64,000 nucleotides of DNA from Elusimicrobiota bacterium (GCA_027451985.1 DAIDHS010000005.1:267-64266); one strand, 5' to 3'. Shown: positions 18,221 to 30,112, counted from the first letter of the stretch. Notes: generated by a model not told the origin, from the sequence alone. Numbers and translations are program-made.

Positions 18221-19394
18221 AAGACGGCAGAATCTCCTGGCCCGGTTCGGGCGGCTGATCGCGGCTGAGACGCGCCTGGAATCCCTGCTTTCTCTCATCT
18301 CGGAGGAACTTAAGAACATCCTTTCGGCCGATCGCTGCCGCGTATTCCTTATTGATCCTTATAAAGGAGAGCTTTGGACTCGCGTTCTCGTGAACAACGA
18401 GGACAAGATTCTGCGCGTCCCCATCGGACGCGGCGTGGCGGGCTTCGTGGCCAAGACCGGCAGCGCCGTCAACCTGCATTCGGCCTACCGTGACGCGCGC
18501 TTTACTGAGGATCTGGACCGGCTGACGGGCTACCAGACCAAGACCGTACTGGCCGTCCCATTGACCGGGCACGACGGCATCATCTTGGGCGTTTTTGAAG
18601 TCTTGAATAAACTCAAGGGCGCCTTTACCGAGGAAGACGAAGGGCTTTTGCGCATCCTGGCAACCATGGCTGCGTCGTTCGTCGAGAACGCGACGCTCTA
18701 TAACGACCTGCGCCGCTCGCATGTGGAGACCATCTACCGCATGGCTTTGGTGGCCGAGTTCCGCGACCAGAAGGATACCGGCCGGCACCTCAGGCGCATG
18801 AGCCGATTCTCCGGGATTTTGGCCCGAGCCATGGGCCTCTCGGACGCCGAGGCGGAGGACATTCGCTGCGCCGCCCCGCTCCACGATATCGGCAAGGTCG
18901 CCATTCCCGATTCCATCCTGAGAAAGCCGGGCGCGCTGACCGCGGACGAATACGAGGAGATGAAGCGGCATACCATTTACGGAGGACGGATGCTGGCAAA
19001 CGCCGAGAGCCGGCTTCTTCGACTAGCCTCCCGCATCGCCATGGGGCACCACGAGCGCTATGACGGTACTGGATACCCGCAGGGCGTCAAAGGAGAGGAG
19101 ATTCCTATGGAGGCGCGCATCGTTTCCGTGGCCGACGTCTTCGACGCGCTCATCTCCAAACGCGTCTACAAGGGCGCCTGGGATATTTCCGAGGTCAAGG
19201 CGTATTTTCAGGAGCAGCGGGGCAAGATTTTCGATCCGCAAGTCGTGGACAAACTCTTCGAGAACCTGGATCGGATTTTGGCCGCGGCGGACGAGGAGAA
19301 CCGCCGCATCCAGGAAGACGAGGCCATGCAAAAGCCGACCCCTACCGCGAACGCCCAACCCGAACAACCTGAAGATCATCACCTGCGCCGCTGA
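18198..19394 (+). CDS. GAF domain / HD-GYP domain cyclic-di-GMP phosphodiesterase
   Basis: GAF-like N-terminus (ADRCRVFLID...GRGVAGFVAKTG), then HD-GYP motifs APLHDIGKVAIPD and HHERYDGTGYPQG. It overlaps the glcF 3' end by 23 nt. Confidence 0.85.
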   Translation: MGRRQELERRQNLLARFGRLIAAETRLESLLSLISEELKNILSADRCRVFLIDPYKGELWTRVLVNNEDKILRVPIGRGVAGFVAKTGSAVNLHSAYRDARFTEDLDRLTGYQTKTVLAVPLTGHDGIILGVFEVLNKLKGAFTEEDEGLLRILATMAASFVENATLYNDLRRSHVETIYRMALVAEFRDQKDTGRHLRRMSRFSGILARAMGLSDAEAEDIRCAAPLHDIGKVAIPDSILRKPGALTADEYEEMKRHTIYGGRMLANAESRLLRLASRIAMGHHERYDGTGYPQGVKGEEIPMEARIVSVADVFDALISKRVYKGAWDISEVKAYFQEQRGKIFDPQVVDKLFENLDRILAAADEENRRIQEDEAMQKPTPTANAQPEQPEDHHLRR

Positions 19395-19411
19395 CGCAGG
19401 CGCTTTCCTTA

Positions 19412-22400
19412 CTATCGCGTTTGATGGAGGCCGCCGGCGCTCTGCATTGAGCCGAACGGCACGGAGGAGAGGGGAGCGGGCCGATTGAATCTGTTCTGAA
19501 TTCCTCCGCCGAAAACGAATAGCCCCCACAAACTCCAGAAGGTCATCGCCGGAATCATAAGTCCCAGGAGCAACCAGCGCAAGGCTCGCGCGGTCCAAAA
19601 ATTAAGCGCCGCGGCAGAATCGGCTTGAGGTGAGTCTTTAAGGCTCGGCCCGCGCCAAAGAAACAGGACGAGCCAGGCCGTCAGGCCCAGGGCGGTGACG
19701 GCCGTACCGAACTTAATCGCAAGAGAATCGTAGGAAAAGACGATCTTGCTCGGACCGGCCGGCACGCGCACCGCACGAAACGCGAGATCGGCGCGGTGGA
19801 TGCGTGAGCTTTTTCCGTCGACCGAGGCTTCCCATCCTGGGAAATCGTTGTCTGCCAGAAAAACATACCCGCTGGCGGGAGCCTTGACGCTTAGAATGAC
19901 GCGATTGGGCTCGTAGGAAAGAATTTGGACCGGAGTCTTTCCACCTTTGCCGCCGACCGCGTTCGATTCAGCGAGCTTTTCTCCGGGCGGATCGTTGAGG
20001 ATGAGCGTTTTCTGCGGATTGAAGCCCGGCGTGGAGAGAAGCTGCGGCACATCCTTGAAGGCGAGTTCGCGGCCGGCGTTCCAATCGCGGATGTCAGCGA
20101 TGGGAACCTCGACGGCTTTCGAGAAAAACGAGGCGCGCGGCATGGAAAAAGCGTTTTCATGGATGGACATGTCCGGGCCGCTGTAGACTTCTTTTAGGGA
20201 GGGAGAGGCTGCGTGAACGTTCGGGGCATCCACAAAATACTTGATGTTGGCCAGGCCTAGGAGGCGCAGCCCTTGGGCCTGGCTGGCGCTATTGGATGAC
20301 GGATCGCCGATGAGGCTGCGGGTCAGGAAATTGAAATAAACGGTCGGCAGGACGTCCAGGTTGTCGCCGCCGTTCCGGATGTCTGGAATTCCGTACAAGT
20401 TGGCGTAATCGGCCTCAAGAAAGGAGTAATCGAAGGAGTCTATGCGGAACAAGGAGGGGTCGCCTTGGAGGCGTTTTATGCCGGGCAATTGAAAAGGAAA
20501 CTGGCTGGGTGAAGTCGGCAGGGGAGCTTCAGCGGCGGCCCAGGAGACGGCGCTTGCGGCGTAAAGGGCCACTCCCGCGGCCGGAACGACGGCGGCCAGG
20601 GGCACGGTTATGGCTGCGGCCGCCAGCGGCCAAATGGGAACCTTCAATGTGGCGACTTCGGGACCTATGAGGATGCGGGACGAGCCATTGGGCAAGGCGA
20701 TCTTGGCGAGAATTTCAAAATCTCCGGGTTGCACCGGCAGAGGCAGAAGCCCGTACAGGTCGCACTCGCCGAAGGAGGAAAGAATTTCCGCGGGCACCGA
20801 GGCGCGGACCTGCCCTCCTGAGACGGCGGCGATAGCCGCCGAGACGCACGAGAGGGGGCTCCACGCTCGGAAAGGCTCCGTGGCGCCGGCGAAGGCTTTG
20901 GCCGATTCCGGCCCCATGAACGAGTTCGAGGCTTCGGAGCCGGCGGGCGAATAAATCGCGGTGGGGAGCGCGCGGGTCATAAAAGGCCCTATCGCGCGGG
21001 CGAAAAAACAACCGCCCGCCAGAAGAATCAGGCATAGGAAAATTTTTGCCGCCGCGGCGGTCCGCTTTCGGAAGTCTTCTTTCGCCAGCCGCGCAAGCGC
21101 GGCCGCGGCCAAAAAACAGATGGAGAGCGTCAGCTCGGGCGTGGTTCCTGTGTTGTCGAAAAGCTTGACGATGGGCAGGAAGGCGATGAGATTGGAGAGG
21201 GGGGGCGCCTTGATTTGGATCAGCGCTCCCACGGTCAGAAGAGCGGCAAGCGCCTTAAACTCCGGCTCCAGATCGATAACGAGTGCCGCGCCAAGCGCCA
21301 GCAGAAGAAGAAAAACAGCGGAAAACTCGCCGCGCCACGTGGCCGAAACCATCTCGCCGTGAAGCAGCCCGGAGGCGGTCGCGTCGAGCCCGAGGCGCGA
21401 TAAGGCGGCGACGGCTAACCCCAGCGCCGCAACGCCGGCGACCAGAAGGCCTCCGGCCTTTTGCGGCCTACGCTCGCGCATGAGTTTGCGGAAGATCCAA
21501 GCTAGGGTCGCGGCGGAGCCGAGCCCCAGAATGAGCAGCGGAAGATCGGAAAGGCCCAGGTGCTTGCCGATAGTATGGTAAATCCACCGGTATTCGAGCC
21601 GAGTGCGCCAGACGCGGTTGTAGCTCCAGCGAACGTATTCCATGCCCGGCAGGACCTGCACGGCGGCGAGCAGCACGCCTAGGGCTTGGGCCCCGGCGAA
21701 AATGGCCGCCTGCCGCAGCCTTCGGGCGTTTGTCTGAGGTTTCTGGAAAGAGCGTACGACAAAATAAAGGCCAGCCATCGCGGAGATGCGGAAGGCCGTT
21801 TCGAAGTGCCCGGCGAAAAATGCCAGCGCAGTCACGGGAGGCAGGAGCCATAGGGCGAATGAGCGCAGCTTGTCTTCGCGATGGTAGAGTTCGGCCAGGG
21901 CCAGCAGCACGGGGAAAAAAAGCGCCGTGACGGGATTCGGGGAGAGTTGGCTGGTCCCGGTCGAGAAAACCAGGGCCGCACCCGCCAGGAGGGAAAGAAA
22001 AAACGGGAGGCCCAAGAGCCTGGCGAAAAGGTAGAGGCAGGCGAAGGCGAACGTTTGGCTTAAGAATGGGACCGCGGTGAAAGCCCACGCCCGCCAGCGT
22101 GCGGAGGCCAGATAATAAAGGATGTGGAAGGGATAGAAAATCCCATTCTGCATCTTGCCGATAAGCGGCGTCCCGCCTTCCGGATAGGGCGTCCAGGCGG
22201 GGAAATAACCTGCGCGGATGATGTCGGCCGCGGTCCAGCGGACGGGAATTTCCTGATAGACCATCTCCCAGATGTGCCCAACGGCGGCATAGCCGGGCAA
22301 GGCGGGCGTGCCGAACGAATTGACCCGGCCGGAGAAGATGTAGAAGTTGGCGCAGGCCCAGAGGCCGATGAAGGCAAGAACGGCGGCGGCGAAATCCCGG

Positions 22401-22414
22401 TTTCTGGGCTGCAT
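19412..22414 (-). CDS. Large polytopic membrane protein, YfhO-like (putative glycosyl-transfer/glycan-assembly membrane protein)
   Basis: A 1000-aa protein with many TM helices in the N-terminal about 550 aa. The C-terminal beta-rich part ends YVFLADNDFPGWEASVDGKSSRIHRADLAFRAVRVPAGPSKIVFSY plus a final TM, which is typical of YfhO-family tails. Confidence 0.65.
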   Translation of the reverse strand: MQPRNRDFAAAVLAFIGLWACANFYIFSGRVNSFGTPALPGYAAVGHIWEMVYQEIPVRWTAADIIRAGYFPAWTPYPEGGTPLIGKMQNGIFYPFHILYYLASARWRAWAFTAVPFLSQTFAFACLYLFARLLGLPFFLSLLAGAALVFSTGTSQLSPNPVTALFFPVLLALAELYHREDKLRSFALWLLPPVTALAFFAGHFETAFRISAMAGLYFVVRSFQKPQTNARRLRQAAIFAGAQALGVLLAAVQVLPGMEYVRWSYNRVWRTRLEYRWIYHTIGKHLGLSDLPLLILGLGSAATLAWIFRKLMRERRPQKAGGLLVAGVAALGLAVAALSRLGLDATASGLLHGEMVSATWRGEFSAVFLLLLALGAALVIDLEPEFKALAALLTVGALIQIKAPPLSNLIAFLPIVKLFDNTGTTPELTLSICFLAAAALARLAKEDFRKRTAAAAKIFLCLILLAGGCFFARAIGPFMTRALPTAIYSPAGSEASNSFMGPESAKAFAGATEPFRAWSPLSCVSAAIAAVSGGQVRASVPAEILSSFGECDLYGLLPLPVQPGDFEILAKIALPNGSSRILIGPEVATLKVPIWPLAAAAITVPLAAVVPAAGVALYAASAVSWAAAEAPLPTSPSQFPFQLPGIKRLQGDPSLFRIDSFDYSFLEADYANLYGIPDIRNGGDNLDVLPTVYFNFLTRSLIGDPSSNSASQAQGLRLLGLANIKYFVDAPNVHAASPSLKEVYSGPDMSIHENAFSMPRASFFSKAVEVPIADIRDWNAGRELAFKDVPQLLSTPGFNPQKTLILNDPPGEKLAESNAVGGKGGKTPVQILSYEPNRVILSVKAPASGYVFLADNDFPGWEASVDGKSSRIHRADLAFRAVRVPAGPSKIVFSYDSLAIKFGTAVTALGLTAWLVLFLWRGPSLKDSPQADSAAALNFWTARALRWLLLGLMIPAMTFWSLWGLFVFGGGIQNRFNRPAPLSSVPFGSMQSAGGLHQTR

Positions 22415-22486
22415 GGCCTGCGGTTTGAGAGCTTAGGACTCTTGAGTGGAAGATGTCAATGCGATTTACCGATTGAAAAATCCCGG

Positions 22487-22516
22487 TTGCCTCTCTTCGA
22501 ATTCATTTTGTAAGAT
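22487..22516 (+). promoter_or_regulatory. Sigma70-like promoter, possibly giving a leaderless transcript
   Basis: TTGCCT, an 18-nt spacer, then TAAGAT. The ATG at 22524 lies 7 nt after the -10 box, and there is no Shine-Dalgarno sequence. Confidence 0.35.
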
Positions 22517-22523
22517 TCCGCCG

Positions 22524-23996
22524 ATGATCAAGTTCGGCACATCAGGCTGGCGGGCCGTTGTTTCGGAGGAGTTCACCTTTCAGAACGTGCGGCGCGTGGC
22601 GCACGCCATCGCCGGGTTCGTAAAGGAGAATCCGGAAACCGGAATTCTGAGCCCGGATTATCAGTCCCATATCAAGGGGGATCCTCCGGTCATTCCCGAG
22701 GTGGTCGTGGGCTACGACACACGGTTCTTGTCCCATGAGTTCGCTCAGGAGTTGGCTGGCGTTCTGGCCATGTCCGGGGTCAAGAGTTATTTTTCACAGG
22801 AGGAAGTCCCCACGCCGGCGCTGGCTTGGGCCGTTCTGGAGCGCAAGGCTGTTGGCGGGGCCATGATTACGGCCTCGCACAACGGCTCCTACTACAACGG
22901 CGTCAAGTGGATGCCGTATTGGGGCGGCGCCGCAACACCGGCCGTGACGGATGATTTGGAGCGCCGCATCGAGTTTTTGGGAGAACAGTCTCCCCGCATC
23001 ATGGCCTGGGACAAGGCCATCCGGGAATCTCTTGTCGAACCGCAGGATTTTCGCAAGGGTTACCTGCGCAAGATTTCATCCCTGCTGGACTTGAAAGCCA
23101 TCAAGAATGCCCGCTTGAAGATCGGGGTCGATTCCCTGCACGGCGCGGGGCGACATTATTTGGGGCCCTTTCTGGAAAGCCTGGGCGTCGAGGTGGTGGA
23201 GATTAATGAGAACCGCGACGTTCTCTTCGGCGGACGCTCCCCCGAGCCGACCGAGGAGTCCTTGCAGGATTTGGCGGCCATCATGCGCAAGAAAAAACTG
23301 TCCCTGGGGCTGGCGATGGACGGCGACGCGGATCGCTTTGGGATTTTAGACGCAGGTGGAACGTGGATTGGCCCTAACGACGTCTTGGCGCTGACCTTGG
23401 AGCATCTGGTCGCGCACAAGGGCATGAAGGGCAAGGTCGCCCGGACCGTGATGACCTCCCATTTCGTCGACGCCGTGGCCAAATCCTACGGGTTTGAAAC
23501 TCGGGAAACCCCGGTCGGATTTAAGTACATCGGCGAGCTTTTGCGCACCGGGCATTTCATCCTGGGCGGAGAGGAGTCGGGTGGGCTGTCCATCCAGGGC
23601 CACGTTCCAGAGAAAGACGGCATCCTGGCCTGCCTGCTTATGGTGGAATTGGCGGCGCAGGAGAAGAAGTCCCTGTCCGCGGTGAGGGACCGCCTTTTCA
23701 AACGCGTGGGCCATTTCTGCAGCGCGCGCATCAATTTCCGCATTGAGAAGTTGCGGCAGATGATCGAGGTGCAGGAGCGGCTTCGCATCAAGCCTCCACT
23801 GGATTTGGCCGGCGGCTCGGTCTGGCGCATCGATGAATCGGACGGCTTCAAGTTTATTCTTCGTGATGGAAGCTGGCTTGGCCTGCGGCCCTCGGGCACG
23901 GAATCCGCCGTCCGGGTTTACGCTGAGGCCGCCACGCCCAAAGCCCTGAGCGGCCTGATGGAGGCCGGCAAAAAGCTGCTGCAGGGCAAGTTCTAG
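22524..23996 (+). CDS. Alpha-D-phosphohexomutase (phosphoglucomutase/phosphomannomutase family)
   Basis: Starts MIKFGTSGWRA, with active-site ITASHNGSYYNGVK, metal loop AMDGDADRFG and GGEESGG. The start was moved to ATG 22524. Confidence 0.85.
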   Translation: MIKFGTSGWRAVVSEEFTFQNVRRVAHAIAGFVKENPETGILSPDYQSHIKGDPPVIPEVVVGYDTRFLSHEFAQELAGVLAMSGVKSYFSQEEVPTPALAWAVLERKAVGGAMITASHNGSYYNGVKWMPYWGGAATPAVTDDLERRIEFLGEQSPRIMAWDKAIRESLVEPQDFRKGYLRKISSLLDLKAIKNARLKIGVDSLHGAGRHYLGPFLESLGVEVVEINENRDVLFGGRSPEPTEESLQDLAAIMRKKKLSLGLAMDGDADRFGILDAGGTWIGPNDVLALTLEHLVAHKGMKGKVARTVMTSHFVDAVAKSYGFETRETPVGFKYIGELLRTGHFILGGEESGGLSIQGHVPEKDGILACLLMVELAAQEKKSLSAVRDRLFKRVGHFCSARINFRIEKLRQMIEVQERLRIKPPLDLAGGSVWRIDESDGFKFILRDGSWLGLRPSGTESAVRVYAEAATPKALSGLMEAGKKLLQGKF

Positions 23997-23999
23997 GCC

Positions 24000-24302
24000 G
24001 TGAAGCGGGCGCATTCGTTCCTCCAAGACCACTGGCCCCGGCTCCTTATTTCAGCCGCGATTCTGGCCGTCTTCTTCGGAAACGGCGGATTTCGGAGCTT
24101 GGTCGGAAATTTTCTCGAATTGCGACGTCTGCGCGGAGAGATCGCGCAGCTCAGCAGCCAGCAAGTGCGGCTGTCCGAGCGCCTGAAGCTAATTTCCGCG
24201 GGGGGGTCCTCCTTGGAGCGTTTGGCTCGGGTTCAACTGGGCTATGTCAAGAAAGGGGAAATCGAATACCGCTTTCCTCCTCCGCCCCCCGCCGCTCCCT
24301 GA
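24000..24302 (+). CDS. FtsB/DivIC-family septum formation initiator-like protein
   Basis: 100 aa with an N-terminal TM (LLISAAILAVFF), a coiled coil (LRRLRGEIAQLSSQQVRLSERLK), and RLARVQLGYVKKGEIEY. Confidence 0.6.
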   Translation: MKRAHSFLQDHWPRLLISAAILAVFFGNGGFRSLVGNFLELRRLRGEIAQLSSQQVRLSERLKLISAGGSSLERLARVQLGYVKKGEIEYRFPPPPPAAP

Positions 24303-24311
24303 GGCGGCGCA

Positions 24312-24947
24312 GTGATCTTCGAACAAATTGAGCTGGGGCCGATGGCGAACTATGTCTACCTTATCGGCGATGAAAACAGCCGCGAGTGCACCCTTGTCGA
24401 TCCGGGCTGGGAGGCCGAGGCTATCTTGGCCGTTCTCCGCCAGCGCGAGGTTAGACTCGCCTCGATTCTCGTGACCCACAATCATTTTGATCACGTGGGC
24501 GCCATCGGTGAACTGCTTAAAGCGGCGGACGTGCCCGTCTATGCACACAAAAATGACGCGTCCGCGCTCATAAAAACCGCCGGAGGGAACTTGCGGCCTG
24601 TCTCGGGCGGCGAAAAAACCAACATCGGCAAAATCGAGATTTCTTTCCTTCATACCCCCGGACATACGGCGGGGTCTCAGTGCCTTTTGGTTGCGGGGCG
24701 GATTTTGACTGGCGACACGCTCTTCATCGACGGCTGCGGGCGCGTGGATTTGCCGACGTCCGATCCGGAGGCCATGGCTGGGAGCCTTAGAAAAATTTCC
24801 GAACTGTCCTCGGAAACGATTGTCTGGCCCGGCCACAACTACGCCCCGGCCGCCAGCGACACCGTGGGACGGCAGTTGCGCAGCAACGCCTATCTTTCCG
24901 CCGCCCGCAAAAATCTCGCCGACTTCATGCGTTTAGTCGGCGCCTAA
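24312..24947 (+). CDS. MBL-fold metallo-hydrolase (glyoxalase II-like)
   Basis: Motifs are VTHNHFDHVG, HTPGHTAGS, GDTLFIDGCGR and PGHNY. Confidence 0.8.
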   Translation: MIFEQIELGPMANYVYLIGDENSRECTLVDPGWEAEAILAVLRQREVRLASILVTHNHFDHVGAIGELLKAADVPVYAHKNDASALIKTAGGNLRPVSGGEKTNIGKIEISFLHTPGHTAGSQCLLVAGRILTGDTLFIDGCGRVDLPTSDPEAMAGSLRKISELSSETIVWPGHNYAPAASDTVGRQLRSNAYLSAARKNLADFMRLVGA

Positions 24948-24972
24948 AGTCGTATAATCATTTCCGCCGCCC

Positions 24973-25758
24973 ATGCATCCGGTCCTTCTGCAGTTCGGAC
25001 AGTTTCGTCTTTACACCTACGGAGTGATGATCGCCGTGGGCGGCGTCTTTTCTGTTTTCTTTTGGCGGCGCCGCTGGGCCAAGATGGGCCTAGCCTGCGA
25101 GGAGGATCTCTGGCTCCTCGTCAACATTCTGATCGTAAGCGCCTTTTTCGGCGGCCGGATTCTCGATCAGTTCGAAGACGTCGGCATCCATAACCCGAAT
25201 TTCTGGAAAGACGCATTCGCCTTCGGCCAGGGCTTCGCCGTCATGGGTGCGTTCGTCGCCGTTTTGCTCGCGGTTTGCGGGTTTTGCCGGTGGAAGAAAA
25301 TTCCATTCCTCCATCTGGCGGATTATCTTTGTCTTGGGGTGCCGTTCTGGCAGTTTTTCGGCCGTTGGGGCTGCTTCGCGGCCGGATGCTGCTACGGCCT
25401 GCCGATGTCCCGCCCGTGGCCTTGGGGTGTGACCTTCACCAACCCGCTCTCGCAAATCAATCCGTTGTTCCTGGGCCGACTCGTCCATCCCACGCAGCTC
25501 TATGAAGCTTTCGGCGATTTGGCCATCGGTTTGGCGCTTTATTTCTTCGTCATTGACCGCGTAGAGAAAAAGGAACTCCCCCGCGGCTCGGTCTGCGCGA
25601 TTTACTTGGCGTCCTACGGGGTGCTGCGATTCATGATCGAGTTTTACCGCGGGGACGTGACGATGCTGCCCATAGGGATCACCGTAGCGCAGGCGTTCTG
25701 CCTGGGGCTCTTGGCGCTTTCAGGCGGGATATTCGTTTCCATCCGCCGCAAATCATGA
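24973..25758 (+). CDS. lgt: Prolipoprotein diacylglyceryl transferase
   Basis: Motifs are FRLYTYGVMIAVG, GRWGCFAAGCCYG, HPTQLYEA and RFMIEFYRGD. A perfect TATAAT at 24953-24958 lies upstream. Confidence 0.85.
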   Translation: MHPVLLQFGQFRLYTYGVMIAVGGVFSVFFWRRRWAKMGLACEEDLWLLVNILIVSAFFGGRILDQFEDVGIHNPNFWKDAFAFGQGFAVMGAFVAVLLAVCGFCRWKKIPFLHLADYLCLGVPFWQFFGRWGCFAAGCCYGLPMSRPWPWGVTFTNPLSQINPLFLGRLVHPTQLYEAFGDLAIGLALYFFVIDRVEKKELPRGSVCAIYLASYGVLRFMIEFYRGDVTMLPIGITVAQAFCLGLLALSGGIFVSIRRKS

Positions 25759-26702
25759 AAATCTTGGCGCGTTCGGGCATGGAGTTTATCGCGGATTGGG
25801 GCGGCGTGCGGCTCGATCAGTTCCTCACGCAAAAAATGCCGCGGCACAGCCGCGCGGCGCTTCAGGAGATGATCCGCTTGGGGCAGGTCTTGGTCGGGGG
25901 CGCTTCGGTCAAGCCCGGCCGCCGCTTGAAGCCGGGCGAGCGTGTCAGCGTGAGTTTCCCGGAGCGCGCCTGGAACCGAAGCTTCGATTTCGAAGCCAGG
26001 GTCGTCTATGAGGACAAGCACGTCCTGGTTTTCGACAAGCCCGCGGATCTGCTCATGCATCCGACGCGGCCGGACTGGCTTAAGAATCCGCGCGCCGCGC
26101 AGGACGAGCCGTGCCGAAATTTTGCGGGTTTGATGGCCGTGCATCGGCCGGAGGTCCTTGCCTCGGGCGCCGGGCGCTGCGGCATTGTCCACCGCTTGGA
26201 CGCGGAAACCAGCGGCGTGTTCGTCGCCGCCAAGACGGAAGAAGCGTGGCGCCGCTTGACCGCAGCGTTTGAGGAGCGGGAGGTGGAGAAAGTCTACCGC
26301 GCCATCGTCCGGGGGCGCGTGCCGGAAAATTTATCGGAAATTGACGCTCCGGTCGGGCGCTTGACCGGATCCAGACGCATCAAGGCTACGCCGTTCGGAC
26401 GCCCGGCTCGGACCGCGCTGCGCCTCATCGAAGAGTTTCCGGACGCAAGCTACGTGGAGGCGAGGCCGCTGACCGGCCGCACCCACCAGATTCGCGCGCA
26501 TCTGGATTTCGTTGGCCATCCCGTGGTGGGCGATCCCGATTTCGATCGGAACGCGAAGCTGCGTCCGCCGAGGCTCATGCTGCATGCCTACGCGCTGCGC
26601 TTCAAGCATCCCATCAGCGGCAAGACGCTGTCTTTTCGCAGAAATCCTCCGGCTGATTTCATCCGCTTCCTGGATCTGTGCCGTAAAGGCGGCCCGCAAT
26701 GA
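25755..26702 (+). CDS. RluA/RluD-family 23S rRNA pseudouridine synthase
   Basis: S4-like N-terminus (RLDQFL...), catalytic HRLDAETSGVFVAAK, and GRTHQIRAHL. ATGA overlap with lgt. Confidence 0.85.
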   Translation: MKILARSGMEFIADWGGVRLDQFLTQKMPRHSRAALQEMIRLGQVLVGGASVKPGRRLKPGERVSVSFPERAWNRSFDFEARVVYEDKHVLVFDKPADLLMHPTRPDWLKNPRAAQDEPCRNFAGLMAVHRPEVLASGAGRCGIVHRLDAETSGVFVAAKTEEAWRRLTAAFEEREVEKVYRAIVRGRVPENLSEIDAPVGRLTGSRRIKATPFGRPARTALRLIEEFPDASYVEARPLTGRTHQIRAHLDFVGHPVVGDPDFDRNAKLRPPRLMLHAYALRFKHPISGKTLSFRRNPPADFIRFLDLCRKGGPQ

Positions 26703-27079
26703 CCGGAATCCGCGGTTGGAGATTCTGGGCCAAGGCCGGCAGCGCTGCGATGTTCCTGGCTGTGGCCTTGGGGGCGTTCGGCGCGCACGGGCTCAAGGAC
26801 GTCCTGAGCCAGACGATGCGCGAGGTCTATGAAACGGCCGTGCGCTACCAGGTTTATCACGCTTTGGCCCTGTTCGCCGTGGCCTGGCTCGCGCACGTCA
26901 ACCCCTCTTCGCGGGCCGTCTGCGCAGCCGGCTGGTGTTTTGTTCTCGGCATCGTGCTTTTTTCCGGCAGCCTCTACGCGCTTAGCGTAACGGGGTATAA
27001 AATCCTCGGGATTATTACTCCGATCGGCGGTCTTCTGTTTTTATCCGGATGGGCGTGCCTTTTTTTCGCTAAACTCTAG
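26699..27079 (+). CDS. DUF423 (YgdD-like) small membrane protein
   Basis: 126 aa with four TM helices and GAFGAHGLK...YQVYHALAL. ATGA overlap with the upstream gene. Confidence 0.7.
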   Translation: MTGIRGWRFWAKAGSAAMFLAVALGAFGAHGLKDVLSQTMREVYETAVRYQVYHALALFAVAWLAHVNPSSRAVCAAGWCFVLGIVLFSGSLYALSVTGYKILGIITPIGGLLFLSGWACLFFAKL

Positions 27080-27098
27080 ACGGAGGACGACAAGTGCG

Positions 27099-29093
<1,995 letters not shown>

Positions 29094-29120
29094 GCCAAGT
29101 CCCTCCTAACCGGATCGGCG

Positions 29121-30014
29121 CTAGTATCCGAATTCCTTGAGAGCGCGAGGGTCTTTGCGCCAGTCCTTGCGGACCTTGACCCAGATTTCCAGATCGACGG
29201 GCCGGCCCAAGAATCTCTCGATGGAAAGCCGCGATTTTTTTTGCAGTTCGCGCAGGGCCGCGCCCTTGGATCCGATGATGATGCCTTTTTGCCCTTCTTT
29301 TTCGACGTAGAGGACGGCCTGAATGGCGTCCGGTCGACCGGGTTTTTCCTTGAACTCCTCAATGGTCACGGCCGTAGCGTGTGGGATTTCCTCGCGGTAA
29401 AGCGCGAAGACCTGCTCGCGGATGAACTCGGCCGTGAAGAATCGCTCCCAGCGATCGGAGGCTTGATCCGGAGGGTAAAACGGAGGCGACGGGGGCAGCC
29501 GTGCGACGATCTCCTTAATCAGCTCAGGCGTTCCGGCTCCGGAGAGCGCACAGACGCGCAGGACGGCGTCCGGATTAAGGGCCGTGCGATAAGCTTCGAG
29601 CGCGGATTCTTGGGCGGCCGCATCTGCGGCGAGATCAATCTTATTGAGAACCAGAATCGCGGGAATTTCGGGGCGGCGGAGGAGAGAAAGGTCGTCAAGA
29701 GCCGCCGCCGGAGTCCGCGGTTCCACCACGATGACGGCGATATCCGCGTCTTCGCGCGCCGAGATCTCGGAATGGCGGCGGAGCGCCTTCTGCAGCGGAT
29801 CTTTGGGGCGGGTGATGAAGCCGGGCGTATCAAGAAAGGCGATTTGATAGAAAGGCCCATTGAGGAGCCCCAGGATCTTGTGGCGCGTGGTCTGCGGCTT
29901 GGGCGATACGATGGAGAGCTTGGTCCCCAAAAGGGCGTTGAGAAGCGTCGATTTACCGGCGTTGGGGCGGCCCAGAATCGAGGCGAATCCAGACTTAAAT
30001 GGCGGAGTCTCCAC
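29121..30014 (-). CDS. era: GTPase Era
   Basis: G1 GRPNAGKST, G2 PQTTR, G3 DTPG, G4 NKID, and a C-terminal KH domain (GQKGIIIGSKGAALREL). Confidence 0.9.
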   Translation of the reverse strand: METPPFKSGFASILGRPNAGKSTLLNALLGTKLSIVSPKPQTTRHKILGLLNGPFYQIAFLDTPGFITRPKDPLQKALRRHSEISAREDADIAVIVVEPRTPAAALDDLSLLRRPEIPAILVLNKIDLAADAAAQESALEAYRTALNPDAVLRVCALSGAGTPELIKEIVARLPPSPPFYPPDQASDRWERFFTAEFIREQVFALYREEIPHATAVTIEEFKEKPGRPDAIQAVLYVEKEGQKGIIIGSKGAALRELQKKSRLSIERFLGRPVDLEIWVKVRKDWRKDPRALKEFGY

Positions 30015-30112
30015 GCGGCCATCTTAACAAATGCGCGCCCTCGGCGCAGGCGCTTGTCCGCTTCCAGGCGGAAAAGGTAACATTAGAAGAGTATTTTTGG
30101 GGAGAAAAGGAA

